From: Negativicutes bacterium
Lineage (GTDB): Bacteria; Bacillota; Negativicutes; UBA1444
Direction of reading: 5' to 3'
Assembly: GCA_963665275.2 (NCBI GenBank)
Contig: CAXXIN010000001.1
Location: forward strand, 115,580 to 179,579
Length of the DNA: 64,000 bases
Every line of letters starts with the position of its first letter. Within the stretch, counting starts at the first letter, position 1. Both the position numbers and the translations under genes were made by a program. Below, in pieces: positions 8,824-18,959 of this stretch. The notes beneath the pieces were generated by a model, which was given only the letters and a program-made list of their open reading frames with translations, was not told the DNA's origin and did not search any database.

Positions 8824-10125
8824 GTGAATAAACATTTCTTTGACTGGCGTACCCGTTACCGGATCAGGAATTTTTTACGCAGTTCGTTTTGCCTTATTCC
8901 TGTTTTAGCCATTGTTGCTGCGATTGTAGCGGCCCCGATGATTCGACATATCGATGAAATCACACGGTGGAGCTTAATTGAGATAAGCCCGGATGCGGCC
9001 CGTTCGATGATTGGTACGCTGCCATCGGCATTGCTCGCGCTTATTGTTTTTTCTCTGAGTATTCTTCTGCTTGCGGTCCAGATGATGAGCAGCCAGTTCT
9101 CTCCAAGGGTCATCGGCCGCTTCTTTGAAAATCGCATGTTGAAATGGATATTGGGAATCTTCGTTTTTTCGCATACGTATTCCATTTTCGCATTAGGGAG
9201 GATTGAAGAACGGGTGCCGGTGCTTCCCATTTTGGTGGCGTTAACTTTGAATCTGATCTGCCTGGCGGTGTTTCTTTACATGATCCAGTTTGTCGGCAGG
9301 GGATTTCGCGCCATCAAAATCCTGACCGGTATTGCCGCTGACACGAAACAGGTGATCCTGACGCTGTTTCCCCATCCATTTTCGATAGACAAGGCAACGG
9401 TGGTAGAAGGAAAAGTGGATTGGGGTCATCCCTGCCGAGTCATCCGGAATCAGGAGCCATCCGGCGTTTTTGTCGCCTTCGACCAAGTGGGACTGGTCGC
9501 GTTGGCGACCCAGCACGACTGCGTGCTGGAATTGGCGGCGGCGGTGGGGGAATTCGTCGCTGAGGAGCAGCCGTTGTTCCGTGTATACGGCGCCGGAGGC
9601 GCCAATATCGATGCAAAGAAACTGCAAAGCTCTGTAGCGCTCAACTTGGAACGGACTTTGGAGCAGGACCCTGACTTTGGCTTCCGCATGATTGTCGACA
9701 TAGCCGCCAAAGCGCTATCGCCTGCTATCAATGATCCGACGACTGGAGTTTTGGCCATCGACCAGCTGCAGCATCTGCTGGGACAACTCGGAAACAGACA
9801 GCTGAACGAAGGGTTCGCCAAAGATGCGGCGGGGACGATTCGATTGGTTTTTCCGTTTTGCAGCTGGGAGGACTTTGTCGTGCTGGCCGTCACCGAAATT
9901 CGCCATTATGGGGGTCTGAATCCGCAGGTGACCCGGCGTCTGCAGGCTATGTACGGTTATCTGTTGAATGTTTTGCCTGAGCCGCGCAAGGCTGCGATCC
10001 GGCGGGAAGTATTGTTGTTGCGGCAAACAGTCGAACAGTGCTACCCCAACCAGCAAGACCGTGAAATTGCCGCAACTGCCGATTTGCAGGGGTTTGGTCC
10101 AAGCCGGCGCGAAATCGGCGAATAG
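8824..10125 (+). CDS. DUF2254 family membrane protein
   Basis: AVQMMSSQFSPR, ERTLEQDPDFGFRMIVDIAAKALSPAINDPTT signature and four N-terminal TM helices. Confidence 0.88.
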   Translation: MNKHFFDWRTRYRIRNFLRSSFCLIPVLAIVAAIVAAPMIRHIDEITRWSLIEISPDAARSMIGTLPSALLALIVFSLSILLLAVQMMSSQFSPRVIGRFFENRMLKWILGIFVFSHTYSIFALGRIEERVPVLPILVALTLNLICLAVFLYMIQFVGRGFRAIKILTGIAADTKQVILTLFPHPFSIDKATVVEGKVDWGHPCRVIRNQEPSGVFVAFDQVGLVALATQHDCVLELAAAVGEFVAEEQPLFRVYGAGGANIDAKKLQSSVALNLERTLEQDPDFGFRMIVDIAAKALSPAINDPTTGVLAIDQLQHLLGQLGNRQLNEGFAKDAAGTIRLVFPFCSWEDFVVLAVTEIRHYGGLNPQVTRRLQAMYGYLLNVLPEPRKAAIRREVLLLRQTVEQCYPNQQDREIAATADLQGFGPSRREIGE

Positions 10126-10285
10126 TTTGGACCCTTTGGACTTGTTGAACTTACACCCTCTGTTGCGTCGATTTCTTATACAATGATGATAATGCAGTAC
10201 TGAATTATTGGGGATAAAATATAATAAGTTGACATGTCTGGTCAAAGCAAACTGCGTATCTCGCATTGAAAGGAAGTGCGCGAAT

Positions 10286-13039
10286 ATGACCAACGAACAT
10301 AAACGGCTTGAAGAGGCCCGCAAGGGCTCGGCTAACTGGAAGAAATGGGGACCGTATCTGAGTGAACGACAATGGGGAACCGTGCGCGAGGACTATAGCG
10401 CAGAAGGTGATGCCTGGAACTACTTCACGCATGATCATGCCCGTTCCCGGGCATATCGCTGGGGTGAAGATGGCCTCGCCGGAATTTCTGATGATAAGCA
10501 ATTGACTTGCTTTGCGCTTGCCCTTTGGAACGGGAAGGATGCCATCCTGAAAGAGCGGCTTTTCGGTCTCACCAACAGCGAAGCCAACCACGGTGAGGAC
10601 GTGAAAGAGTACTATTTCTATCTTGACAGCACGCCGACCCACTCCTATATGAAATATCTCTACAAGTATCCCCAGGCAGCTTTTCCCTATGAAGACCTCG
10701 TGAAAACAAACAAGAGCCGCACGCGAAAAGAAATGGAGTTCGAGCTCCTGGACACCGGCGTATTCAACGAGGACCGCTATTTTGACGTCTTCGTGGAGTA
10801 TGCCAAGGCAAGTCCGCAGGATGTTCTGGTGAAGATCACTGCCTTCAACCGGGGACCGGAAGAGGCTGAACTGCATCTCTTGCCGACCCTGTGGTTCCGA
10901 AACAACTGGGCCTTGTGGACGGCAGCGCCAGCGGAGAAACCGATGCTCAGCCAGATTGCTCATCCGGCGGGTGCAAGCGTAGTGAAGATAGTGCATCCCA
11001 AAATGGGGGAAGCTGTTTTCTATGCGGAAGGGGATGCGAATCTTCTCTTTACCGATAACGAGACGAACTACGAACGTCTGTTTCCCGATTCGCCCAACGC
11101 CAGAACTAGGTATGTGAAAGACGGCATCAACGATTGTGTGATTCATGGTCAAACGGAAAAGGTCAACCATGAAAAGACCGGCACGAAGGTATCGGCCCAC
11201 TATCGACGCATGATTGCGTCCGGACAGTCGGTGACGGTGCAATTGCGCATCAGAAATGCAGCGCTGAGCGGATCGGCGGTCTTCGGACCCGAATTTGACG
11301 CAATCTTTGCCACACGGCTCCAGGAAGCGGATGAGTTTTACAAGTCAGTGACGCCTCCTTCGGTATCTGCGGATCAAGCCGCCGTGATGCGTCAGGCCTT
11401 GGCGGGAATGCTATGGAGCAAACAATTCTACTATTTTGACGGAGATCTATGGCTGAAAGAGCATCTCGCCCATCCCTTCCAGCATGGCAGCCGCAGATCG
11501 CGGAACTTCGAATGGTTTCACATGCTGAACGAACACATCATTTCCATGCCCGACAAATGGGAGTATCCTTGGTATGCGGCCTGGGATCTGGCTTTCCACA
11601 CGTTGCCACTCTCCATCGTGGATCCTGACTTTGCCAAGGAACAGCTGGAAATTATGCTTCGCGGAGCCTATCTGCATCCCAGCGGACAAATTCCTGCTTA
11701 CGAGTGGAATTTCAGCGACGTGAATCCGCCGGTCCACGCATTTGCAACCATGTTTTTGAATCGGACAGAGCTGGCTCTGCACGGTGAATCGGATATTGAA
11801 TTCCTCAAGGAGTCATTCAACAAACTGATGCTGAACTTCACCTGGTGGGTGAACCGCAAGGATCGTTTCGGCAAGAATGTGTTCGAGGGAGGGTTCCTCG
11901 GTCTCGACAATATCGGTGTTTTCGACCGCAGCGCTCCGCTTCCTACAGGCGGCCATCTCGAACAGGCGGACGGCACGGCCTGGATGGCTCTCTTCAGCCA
12001 GAATATGATGGAACTCGCTATCGAAATTGCCACCCATGATAAACACTATGAAGACATGGTCGTCAAGTTCGCGGAACACTTCGCCTATATTGCCGCTGGC
12101 ATGAATCGCCCCGGCGAGGACAGCATGTGGGACGAGGAAGACGGCTTCTACTACGACCTTTTGCGGCGTCCCGACGGCAGCTTCCAACGACTGAAGGTGC
12201 GTTCCATGGTCGGCCTTCTGCCGCTGTGCGCGACAACTGTGATTGAAGCGAGTCAGCGGGAAAAGATTCCGAATGCCATGAACGAACTTTTTGGCCGTTT
12301 GCGCCGGATTCCCGAACTGCTGGATTCGATCCATCCCACGGGCCCGGGACACTTGGGCGTAGCGGAAAGGGGAATCCTGGCCCTTGTTAACCCGATGAGA
12401 CTCCGCAGGATCCTGTCAAAAATGCTTGATGAAAATGAGTTCCTGAGTCCCTATGGCCTTCGCTCGCTCTCCAAGTTCCACGAGCAGCATCCATACATAT
12501 TCCATGTGGACGGGCAGGAACACCGCGTTGATTATCTGCCTGCGGAATCGGACACCGGCATGTTCGGCGGCAACTCCAACTGGCGGGGACCGGTCTGGAT
12601 GCCTGTGAACATTCTCGTCATCCGGGCGCTCCAACAGTTCTATATGTATTATGGCGACAACTTCAAAATTGAATGTCCCACCGGGTCAGGCAAGCTAATG
12701 AACCTTTTCGAGGTGAGCAAGGAAATTGCAGATCGTCTGGGCCGGATCTTCCTGCGGGAGTCTGCGACAGATGCGTGGCCGGCAGGCAAGAGACCGGTCT
12801 ACGGCGGTACGGCAAAGTTCCAGAATGATCCGCTCTGGCGGGACTATATCCTCTTTTATGAGTACTTCCACGGAGACAATGGCGCTGGACTTGGCGCAAG
12901 TCATCAGACCGGCTGGACCGGATTGGTAGCCAAGACCATTCAACTTTACGGTATGCTGGATCCCCGGCAACTTTTGGAGGTTGGCAAACAAGCTGGATTC
13001 GTTCATGGAGCTCCTGGGGAGGGAGGTAAAAAGGGATGA
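10286..13039 (+). CDS. MGH1-like glycoside hydrolase (GH63-related glucosidase)
   Basis: WKKWGPYLSERQWGTVREDYS, SMPDKWEYPWYAAWDLAFH and EYFHGDNGAGLGASHQTGWT. Confidence 0.9.
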   Translation: MTNEHKRLEEARKGSANWKKWGPYLSERQWGTVREDYSAEGDAWNYFTHDHARSRAYRWGEDGLAGISDDKQLTCFALALWNGKDAILKERLFGLTNSEANHGEDVKEYYFYLDSTPTHSYMKYLYKYPQAAFPYEDLVKTNKSRTRKEMEFELLDTGVFNEDRYFDVFVEYAKASPQDVLVKITAFNRGPEEAELHLLPTLWFRNNWALWTAAPAEKPMLSQIAHPAGASVVKIVHPKMGEAVFYAEGDANLLFTDNETNYERLFPDSPNARTRYVKDGINDCVIHGQTEKVNHEKTGTKVSAHYRRMIASGQSVTVQLRIRNAALSGSAVFGPEFDAIFATRLQEADEFYKSVTPPSVSADQAAVMRQALAGMLWSKQFYYFDGDLWLKEHLAHPFQHGSRRSRNFEWFHMLNEHIISMPDKWEYPWYAAWDLAFHTLPLSIVDPDFAKEQLEIMLRGAYLHPSGQIPAYEWNFSDVNPPVHAFATMFLNRTELALHGESDIEFLKESFNKLMLNFTWWVNRKDRFGKNVFEGGFLGLDNIGVFDRSAPLPTGGHLEQADGTAWMALFSQNMMELAIEIATHDKHYEDMVVKFAEHFAYIAAGMNRPGEDSMWDEEDGFYYDLLRRPDGSFQRLKVRSMVGLLPLCATTVIEASQREKIPNAMNELFGRLRRIPELLDSIHPTGPGHLGVAERGILALVNPMRLRRILSKMLDENEFLSPYGLRSLSKFHEQHPYIFHVDGQEHRVDYLPAESDTGMFGGNSNWRGPVWMPVNILVIRALQQFYMYYGDNFKIECPTGSGKLMNLFEVSKEIADRLGRIFLRESATDAWPAGKRPVYGGTAKFQNDPLWRDYILFYEYFHGDNGAGLGASHQTGWTGLVAKTIQLYGMLDPRQLLEVGKQAGFVHGAPGEGGKKG

Positions 13040-14526
13040 AGGCCTGGCCGAAGTATCCAGTTATCTTCGAAATTAATACCTGGGTCTGGCTGAATGAACT
13101 TAGTCAGAAATACCAGCGAACGGTGAATCTCGCCACGGTTCCGTCAGAGGAGTGGGACGCCATTGCTGCTCATGGTTTTGACGCTGTGTGGTTTATGGGG
13201 GTCTGGGAACGGAGTCCTGCGGGAATCACGATTTCCATGCAAAATCAGGGACTGCTGGAAGATTTTCGAAGAGCTCTGCCCGATTTTACGGCAAAAGACA
13301 ATGCCGGCTCCCCTTATTGTGTTCGCCGCTATGTCGTGGATGAAAGTCTCGGCGGGACGCAGGGGCTCGCGGCCGCACGGAGCAAGCTCAGAGATCGCGG
13401 GGTGCTGCTGATCCTTGATTTTGTTCCCAACCATGTGGCGCCGGACCATCCGTGGGTGTTCACTCATCCTGAATATTTCATTCAGGGAAATGCCGACGAT
13501 TTGATAAACGATCCAACATCATTTGTGGCGGTTGGGAAAACGGTGTTCGCCTGCGGGCGGGATCCCTTTTTCCCAGCCTGGCCTGACGTGCTTCAACTAA
13601 ATGCTTTTGCGCCGGGGCTGCGACAGGCTGTTTTTGATACAATCACGGAGATCGCCGGAGCGTGTGATGGCATTCGTTGTGACATGGCCATGCTTATGTT
13701 GAACGATATATTTGAGCGTACCTGGGGAGTTCGCGCGGGTATCAGACCGGAGGGCGACTACTGGTCAAGTCTCATCCCTGCAATCAAGCAAAAACATCGT
13801 GAGTTCAAGTTCATCGCCGAGGCCTACTGGGACCTCGAGTGGGAACTGCAGCAGCAGGGGTTTGACTTCTGCTACGATAAGAAACTTTATGACCGAATGG
13901 AACATGGAGATCCCGAGAGCGTTCGCCAGCATCTCCTGGCGGATCTTCCCTACCAAGAGGGGATGGTCAGGTTTATTGAGAACCATGACGAGCCCAGGGC
14001 GGCTGCCGCGTTTCCGAACGAAAAGGGCAAGGCCGCCGCAGTGGCGGTGCTCACTCTCCCAGGTGCCCGGTTGCTGCACGAGGGGCAATTCGAAGGATTG
14101 AAAGTACGATTGCCTGTCTTTCTGGGCCGACGCCCAGCAGAGCCGGTGGATTACGAGCTCGCGAGCTTCTACCACAATCTTCTGCAGGAAATCCAGCCGG
14201 ATGTTTTTCACAATGGTGAATGGAGACTCTGCGAGCGGAGCGGCTGGCCCGACAATCAGAGCTGCCAGAAGTTGCTCTCTTGGTGCTGGGTCAAAGAGGA
14301 TGACCGCTTCCTCGTCGTCATTAATTTCAGCCCGGCGGCTTCCCAGGCGCGCGTTCATATGCCATGGGACGACCTGCGTGGAAAACAGTGGCGCTTGAGC
14401 GAGGTGCTCTCAGGAGAAGCTTACGACCGCAGCGGCGACGAGATGCGGGATGCAGGTCTGTATGTAGAACTGGGGGCGTGGCAGTACCACCTGCTCCGGG
14501 TCGACGTGGCGCCGGAGAACCGCTAA
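13036..14526 (+). CDS. Alpha-amylase family (GH13) hydrolase
   Basis: LDFVPNH, GIRCDMA (nucleophile), IAEAYW (acid/base) and FIENHDE. ATGA overlap with the upstream gene. Confidence 0.9.
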   Translation: MKAWPKYPVIFEINTWVWLNELSQKYQRTVNLATVPSEEWDAIAAHGFDAVWFMGVWERSPAGITISMQNQGLLEDFRRALPDFTAKDNAGSPYCVRRYVVDESLGGTQGLAAARSKLRDRGVLLILDFVPNHVAPDHPWVFTHPEYFIQGNADDLINDPTSFVAVGKTVFACGRDPFFPAWPDVLQLNAFAPGLRQAVFDTITEIAGACDGIRCDMAMLMLNDIFERTWGVRAGIRPEGDYWSSLIPAIKQKHREFKFIAEAYWDLEWELQQQGFDFCYDKKLYDRMEHGDPESVRQHLLADLPYQEGMVRFIENHDEPRAAAAFPNEKGKAAAVAVLTLPGARLLHEGQFEGLKVRLPVFLGRRPAEPVDYELASFYHNLLQEIQPDVFHNGEWRLCERSGWPDNQSCQKLLSWCWVKEDDRFLVVINFSPAASQARVHMPWDDLRGKQWRLSEVLSGEAYDRSGDEMRDAGLYVELGAWQYHLLRVDVAPENR

Positions 14527-14567
14527 ACAAAACCAATTCACGAGTATCCTGCTCATCAGCAAAGACG

Positions 14568-14594
14568 GACTTGGCGCAAGCCAAGTCTTTTCTT
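14568..14594 (+). terminator. Intrinsic terminator
   Basis: GACTTGGC-GCAA-GCCAAGTC followed by TTTTCTT. Confidence 0.75.
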
Positions 14595-14649
14595 ATTGCT
14601 TGTCCTCGTGATAAGATGATAGATAGAAATTCGTTAGGTTGAGGGTTTT

Positions 14650-15243
14650 ATGCTTTACGACTTTGAGGGGTCCGCTTTGATTTATGATGCGGTTGTGAAA
14701 CGCATGATCCCTGAAGCGTGGAGAATAAAATGCGCCGGGCTGGCCCAGGGCAAGGTTCTCGAGGTGGGGATCGGCACGGGGCTGATGCTGCCGTTTTATG
14801 ACTCTGGCGTATCCGAAGTTGTGGGGATTGATTTTAGCGCTGAGATGCTGGCTCGGGCCGCCAAACTATCCAAAAGCATCAATTTTCCTGTCCGGTTGGA
14901 ACAGATGGATGTGGAAAATCTGAGCCTGGAATCAGCCGCCTTCGATACAGTGGTTTCTTCCTTTATGTTCTGCAGCGTGAAACATCCATTGCAGGGATTA
15001 TCGGAATGTCGGCGAGTCCTTCGCCGGGGTGGCCGGATTATTCTGATGGAACATGTTGAAAGTCGAAAGTTTTGGGTTTCCACCTTGCTGAAACTGGCCA
15101 ATCCGCTTTCAGTACTTCTATTGGGAGACCATTTGACCCGGGATACTTTGGGTTTGGCTCGGGATGCCGGTTTCCACATTGACCGGGTGGGAAATTTGCA
15201 TGGAGACTTGGTACTATTAATCGTTGGGACGGTGGCAGAGTGA
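14650..15243 (+). CDS. Class I SAM-dependent methyltransferase
   Basis: VLEVGIGTG, GIDFSAEML and FDTVV..F.FCSV. Confidence 0.88.
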   Translation: MLYDFEGSALIYDAVVKRMIPEAWRIKCAGLAQGKVLEVGIGTGLMLPFYDSGVSEVVGIDFSAEMLARAAKLSKSINFPVRLEQMDVENLSLESAAFDTVVSSFMFCSVKHPLQGLSECRRVLRRGGRIILMEHVESRKFWVSTLLKLANPLSVLLLGDHLTRDTLGLARDAGFHIDRVGNLHGDLVLLIVGTVAE

Positions 15244-15788
15244 TTCAGGAAGTGATCGTGGTGGAAGGAAGAAGTGATGTGGCGGCGATTCGACGAAGCG
15301 TAGAAGCGGATTGCCTGATCACGGGAGGGTTCTCGCTGACGCCAGAATTGGTAGGACAGATCGAAGCGGCTTATAATCGACGGGGGATCATCATCCTGAC
15401 CGATCCGGATAGTGCGGGGGAAAGGATTCGGACATTCTTGCGCAAACTCTTCCCCAAGGCGGGACACGCTTTCATTCCCCGGGCGGAAGCAGTCGGGGAG
15501 GATGGACGCATCGGCGTGGAAAAAGCCGACCCAGCCCAAATCAGGGCAGCGCTCGCCAAAGTGCGAACGGCTGAGATTGCTGTGGCAAATGAATTTACGG
15601 TGGCAGACCTACTGGAAGCAGGACTTGCCGGAGGAACGACGGCGACAATGAAGCGGTCGTTTCTGGGGGCGGAGCTGGGACTCGGCTGGGCCAATGCCAA
15701 GACGTTTCTGCACAGATTGAACACCTATGGCGTCGGACGTCAGGAATTTCAAGCAGCACTGGAAAAATGGGAGGCAACGCATGACTGA
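15240..15788 (+). CDS. rnmV: Ribonuclease M5
   Basis: IQEVIVVEGRSD toprim motif, IILTDPDSAGERIR and FLHRLNTYG. Lies directly upstream of rsmA. Confidence 0.93.
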   Translation: MIQEVIVVEGRSDVAAIRRSVEADCLITGGFSLTPELVGQIEAAYNRRGIIILTDPDSAGERIRTFLRKLFPKAGHAFIPRAEAVGEDGRIGVEKADPAQIRAALAKVRTAEIAVANEFTVADLLEAGLAGGTTATMKRSFLGAELGLGWANAKTFLHRLNTYGVGRQEFQAALEKWEATHD

Positions 15789-16655
15789 ACCGATAATTGC
15801 CCAACGGGAAGTGACCCGCCATATATTGAACCGCTTCGGTATTCGCACCCAAAAAAGACTGGGACAGCATTTTCTGGTGGATGAACAGGTAGTCCGGGGG
15901 ATTGCCTCGGCTCTAGAGCTAAAACCAGGCATGCCGGTGCTGGAAATCGGACCCGGGATCGGCACACTGACGCAATTTCTGGCCATGACCGGAGCACAGG
16001 TCACGGCGGTGGAACTGGATCGACGTTGTATCGAGATCATGGGGACAACGCTCAAAGCGTATGAAAATGTGCGTGTCGTGCAGGGAGATATATTATCGCT
16101 GGATTTCATGGAGCTGATGGGCCCCGACCCTTTTTACATCGCCGGCAATCTGCCTTATTACATCACGACGCCCATTGTGATGAAAATATTGGAAGACCGC
16201 ATGCCTGTGGATCAGATGGTTTTTATGGTGCAAAAAGAAGTGGCCGACCGCATGGTGTCGGGCCCAGGTACCAAAGATTATGGGGCGCTGTCAGTAGCCG
16301 TGCAATTTCACACCGAGGCAACCAAGATGTTTGAAGTTCCGTCCGCAGCATTTATGCCGCCGCCGGCCGTTGATTCAGCTGTAGTTCACTTTCGGCGTCG
16401 CCAGCAGCCGCCGGTGGAGGTGGCGTCAGAAAAATTATTTTTCCGGTTGTTCGCGCCGCTTTTGGGCAACGCAGAAAAACCCTAGCCAATTCGCTGCAGG
16501 GAAATGGCTTTGCCAAGGAGGATGTCCTGGCGATGCTCAGGGATACCGGTATCGATGGAGGACGCCGGGGCGAAACGATGTCGATGGAGGAATTCGCCGC
16601 ATTGAGCCGGGCTTATGGCCCGATACAGGAGGATGAGGGGAATGATAAGAAATAA
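15781..16655 (+). CDS. rsmA: 16S rRNA m6(2)A dimethyltransferase, with an apparent single-base frameshift near 16445
   Basis: [16 protein letters not shown] and NLPYYITTP. The C-terminal [16 protein letters not shown]...RRGETMS continues in another frame to TAA at 16653-16655. Confidence 0.88.
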
Positions 16656-17184
16656 AGGATCTCATAAACGATGGAATGAAATCAGCGGTTTCCTGCTCGG
16701 ACTCAGTTTGCTTCTTGCGCTGTCAGTGGGGATGCCGGCCGCCGTGCAGGCATCTCCACCTAGAACGGTTACGCCGCCGCCGATGACGGCCGGTTACACG
16801 CTGAACTCGCTCGAGCAGAAAGCAGTGCTCCTGTTGAATGAGGATCGCAAGAATGCGGGGCTGGAACCGTTGCAAGTTAACCTGAAATTATCGAAACTGG
16901 CGGCGGATTATGCCGCCGATATGAATACCCGCAAGTTTTTTGCCCACATCGATCCGGACGGCAAGGACCCATTTGAGCGGATGGCGGCGATCGACATCGA
17001 TGTCCCGAATGAGGGCGAAAATATAGCACTGAGTCCGGATGTGGAAACGGCCCAAAAGATGTTGTTGGAAAGTCCACTGCACCGGGAAAATATTTTGAAC
17101 CCGAAATTTACGGAGATCGGTATCGGCGTCAGGCCGGCTTCTCGCGGCGGAGTGTATCTGGTTCAGGAATTCATTGGACCGTAA
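16642..17184 (+). CDS. CAP/SCP domain exported protein
   Basis: [25 protein letters not shown] and SPLHRENIL. Signal peptide. RBS GAGGGG. Confidence 0.88.
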   Translation: MIRNKGSHKRWNEISGFLLGLSLLLALSVGMPAAVQASPPRTVTPPPMTAGYTLNSLEQKAVLLLNEDRKNAGLEPLQVNLKLSKLAADYAADMNTRKFFAHIDPDGKDPFERMAAIDIDVPNEGENIALSPDVETAQKMLLESPLHRENILNPKFTEIGIGVRPASRGGVYLVQEFIGP

Positions 17185-17201
17185 ATTGTTCAATTAGCGC
17201 G

Positions 17202-17245
17202 TTGACATTCGAAAAATGGCATAATATAATCCGTGTATACACACG
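17202..17245 (+). promoter_or_regulatory. sigma70/sigmaA promoter with overlapping MarR-type operator
   Basis: TTGACA(17202-17207)-N17-TATAAT(17225-17230), followed by the near-palindrome CGTGTATACACACG. Confidence 0.8.
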
Positions 17246-17277
17246 TAAATTTCGATGCTCAATGAAGGGAGGCAATA

Positions 17278-17721
17278 ATGAAACATATTACGACAACCTA
17301 TCTCAAAAAGCCTAACGTATGCAACTGCATGAATGTCAGGAGAGCTTCTCGATCCATTACTCAATTTTATGACGAAGTTTTGAAACCCAGTGGCCTTACA
17401 GTTGCCCAATTGTCTTTGCTGGGGCATCTGGTCGCGATGGATGAAATTACAATTACTGATTTGGCCAAGCAGATGCGTATAGATCGAACAACGCTTAATC
17501 GCAACATGAAACCTTTGATTGAGGGAGAGTTGATAACGGTTAAGACAGGGACGGATTCTCGTACAAGGCAAATTCAAATAACGGAATTGGGAAAAATTGC
17601 GGTGAATCAAGCTCGAGGCCTATGGAAAGAAGCACAGGCGTCGATAAAAGAATATCTGGGCGAAGAGGATTTGCAAAAACTAACGCAACTCCTGGTGAAA
17701 TTGGAGGCGCTAGTGCCGTAG
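17278..17721 (+). CDS. MarR family transcriptional regulator
   Basis: CNCMNVRRASR.ITQFYD, IDRTTLNRN and DSRTR winged-helix motifs. Confidence 0.92.
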   Translation: MKHITTTYLKKPNVCNCMNVRRASRSITQFYDEVLKPSGLTVAQLSLLGHLVAMDEITITDLAKQMRIDRTTLNRNMKPLIEGELITVKTGTDSRTRQIQITELGKIAVNQARGLWKEAQASIKEYLGEEDLQKLTQLLVKLEALVP

Positions 17722-17759
17722 ATTCTAACATAAATTCGCAAGGTGTCATAAGATAATGA

Positions 17760-17771
17760 GTGTATATACAC
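17760..17771. promoter_or_regulatory. Second putative MarR operator
   Basis: Perfect palindrome GTGTATATACAC, matching the site at 17232-17245, upstream of the oxidoreductase. Confidence 0.6.
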
Positions 17772-17869
17772 AAAAGAAGGGCAAGCGTGTGACCCGAATC
17801 AATGGCTGATATTCAGGGGAAAACGTAACGCGCAATAGTTTAGATCATTTATGAAAGCAAGGTGACAGA

Positions 17870-18946
17870 GTGAAGACATTATTCGACAATACCACGATTG
17901 TCGGGATGAATTTGAATAATCGATTTTTTCGGTCGGCTACCTATGACGGTCAAGCGGATAAACAAGGCCATCTGACGCCGGAATTGCTTCAGACATACGA
18001 AAAATTGGCCCAAGGCGGCGTCGGAACAATCATTACCGGTATGGTATGCGTCACAGAATTGGATCAACCTGTTCCTCGTCCAATGGCGCTTTATAGTGAT
18101 ATCTTCATTAACGAATACAAAAAAATGACTGAAGCCGTACACAATTATGGCGCCAATATTGTTGCCCAACTATCCTGCGGGGGAGCGCAAACTAACTTTG
18201 TGATCGAGGGCAAGGTTGTATGGGGGCCAAGCGCGATTGAAGACATGGGCTACAAGACCACTCCCCAAGAAATGAGTAAGGATGATATTAGCTTTGTTCA
18301 GAAATGCTTTGCTGACGCCGCGTTCCGCGCGAAAAAGGCTGGATTCGACGGCGTACAGATTCACGCGGCGCATGGATATTTACTGAGTAAATTTCTTACT
18401 CCCTACTATAACCGTCGGTCTGATGAGTACGGCGGAAGTACCGCGAACAGGGCGAGAATGATTTTTGAAACATACCAGTCGATTCGGGATAAAGTTGGCC
18501 TGGATTATCCGGTCTTGATAAAAATCAATAGCGGCGACTATTTGGACCAGGGGATGGTATTCGAGGAATGCAAATACATCTGCAAACAGCTGGAGCAAAT
18601 GGGAATTGATGCTATCGAAATTAGTGGAGGAACCGTCTCATCCCGGCCTAACGAAGGTCCTTCCCGCAAGATAAGCACAGAGCAGGAATCTTATTACAAA
18701 ACGTATGCGGCTGAAATTGCAGCCGACATCGGTGTTCCAGTTATCTTGGTGGGTGGCAATCGTGATTTTGAGTCTCTGACCGAAATTCTCAACCAGACAA
18801 AAATTTCGTATTTCGCCTTTTCGCGGCCATTGATCCGCGAATACGATCTTGTTAATCGTTGGCAAAGTGGCGACACATCCCGCGCCACCTGCATTTCCTG
18901 TCGAAAATGTTTTGGCGCAAATGGGATATGTGTATTCAATAAATGA
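17870..18946 (+). CDS. NADH:flavin oxidoreductase (old yellow enzyme family)
   Basis: AGFDGVQIHAAHGYLLSKFL, NRRSDEYGGS and C-terminal CISCRKC. Confidence 0.9.
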   Translation: MKTLFDNTTIVGMNLNNRFFRSATYDGQADKQGHLTPELLQTYEKLAQGGVGTIITGMVCVTELDQPVPRPMALYSDIFINEYKKMTEAVHNYGANIVAQLSCGGAQTNFVIEGKVVWGPSAIEDMGYKTTPQEMSKDDISFVQKCFADAAFRAKKAGFDGVQIHAAHGYLLSKFLTPYYNRRSDEYGGSTANRARMIFETYQSIRDKVGLDYPVLIKINSGDYLDQGMVFEECKYICKQLEQMGIDAIEISGGTVSSRPNEGPSRKISTEQESYYKTYAAEIAADIGVPVILVGGNRDFESLTEILNQTKISYFAFSRPLIREYDLVNRWQSGDTSRATCISCRKCFGANGICVFNK

Positions 18947-18959
18947 ACGAGGTGATGAC

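Noticed and set aside
10229-10245. TTGAC-N7-GTCAA palindrome as an FNR box
   Set aside because: FNR/CRP sites need an N4 spacer between these half-sites, and there is only one occurrence.
10205-11242. 345-aa minus-strand ORF
   Set aside because: Antisense shadow of the GH63 gene with no recognisable motifs.
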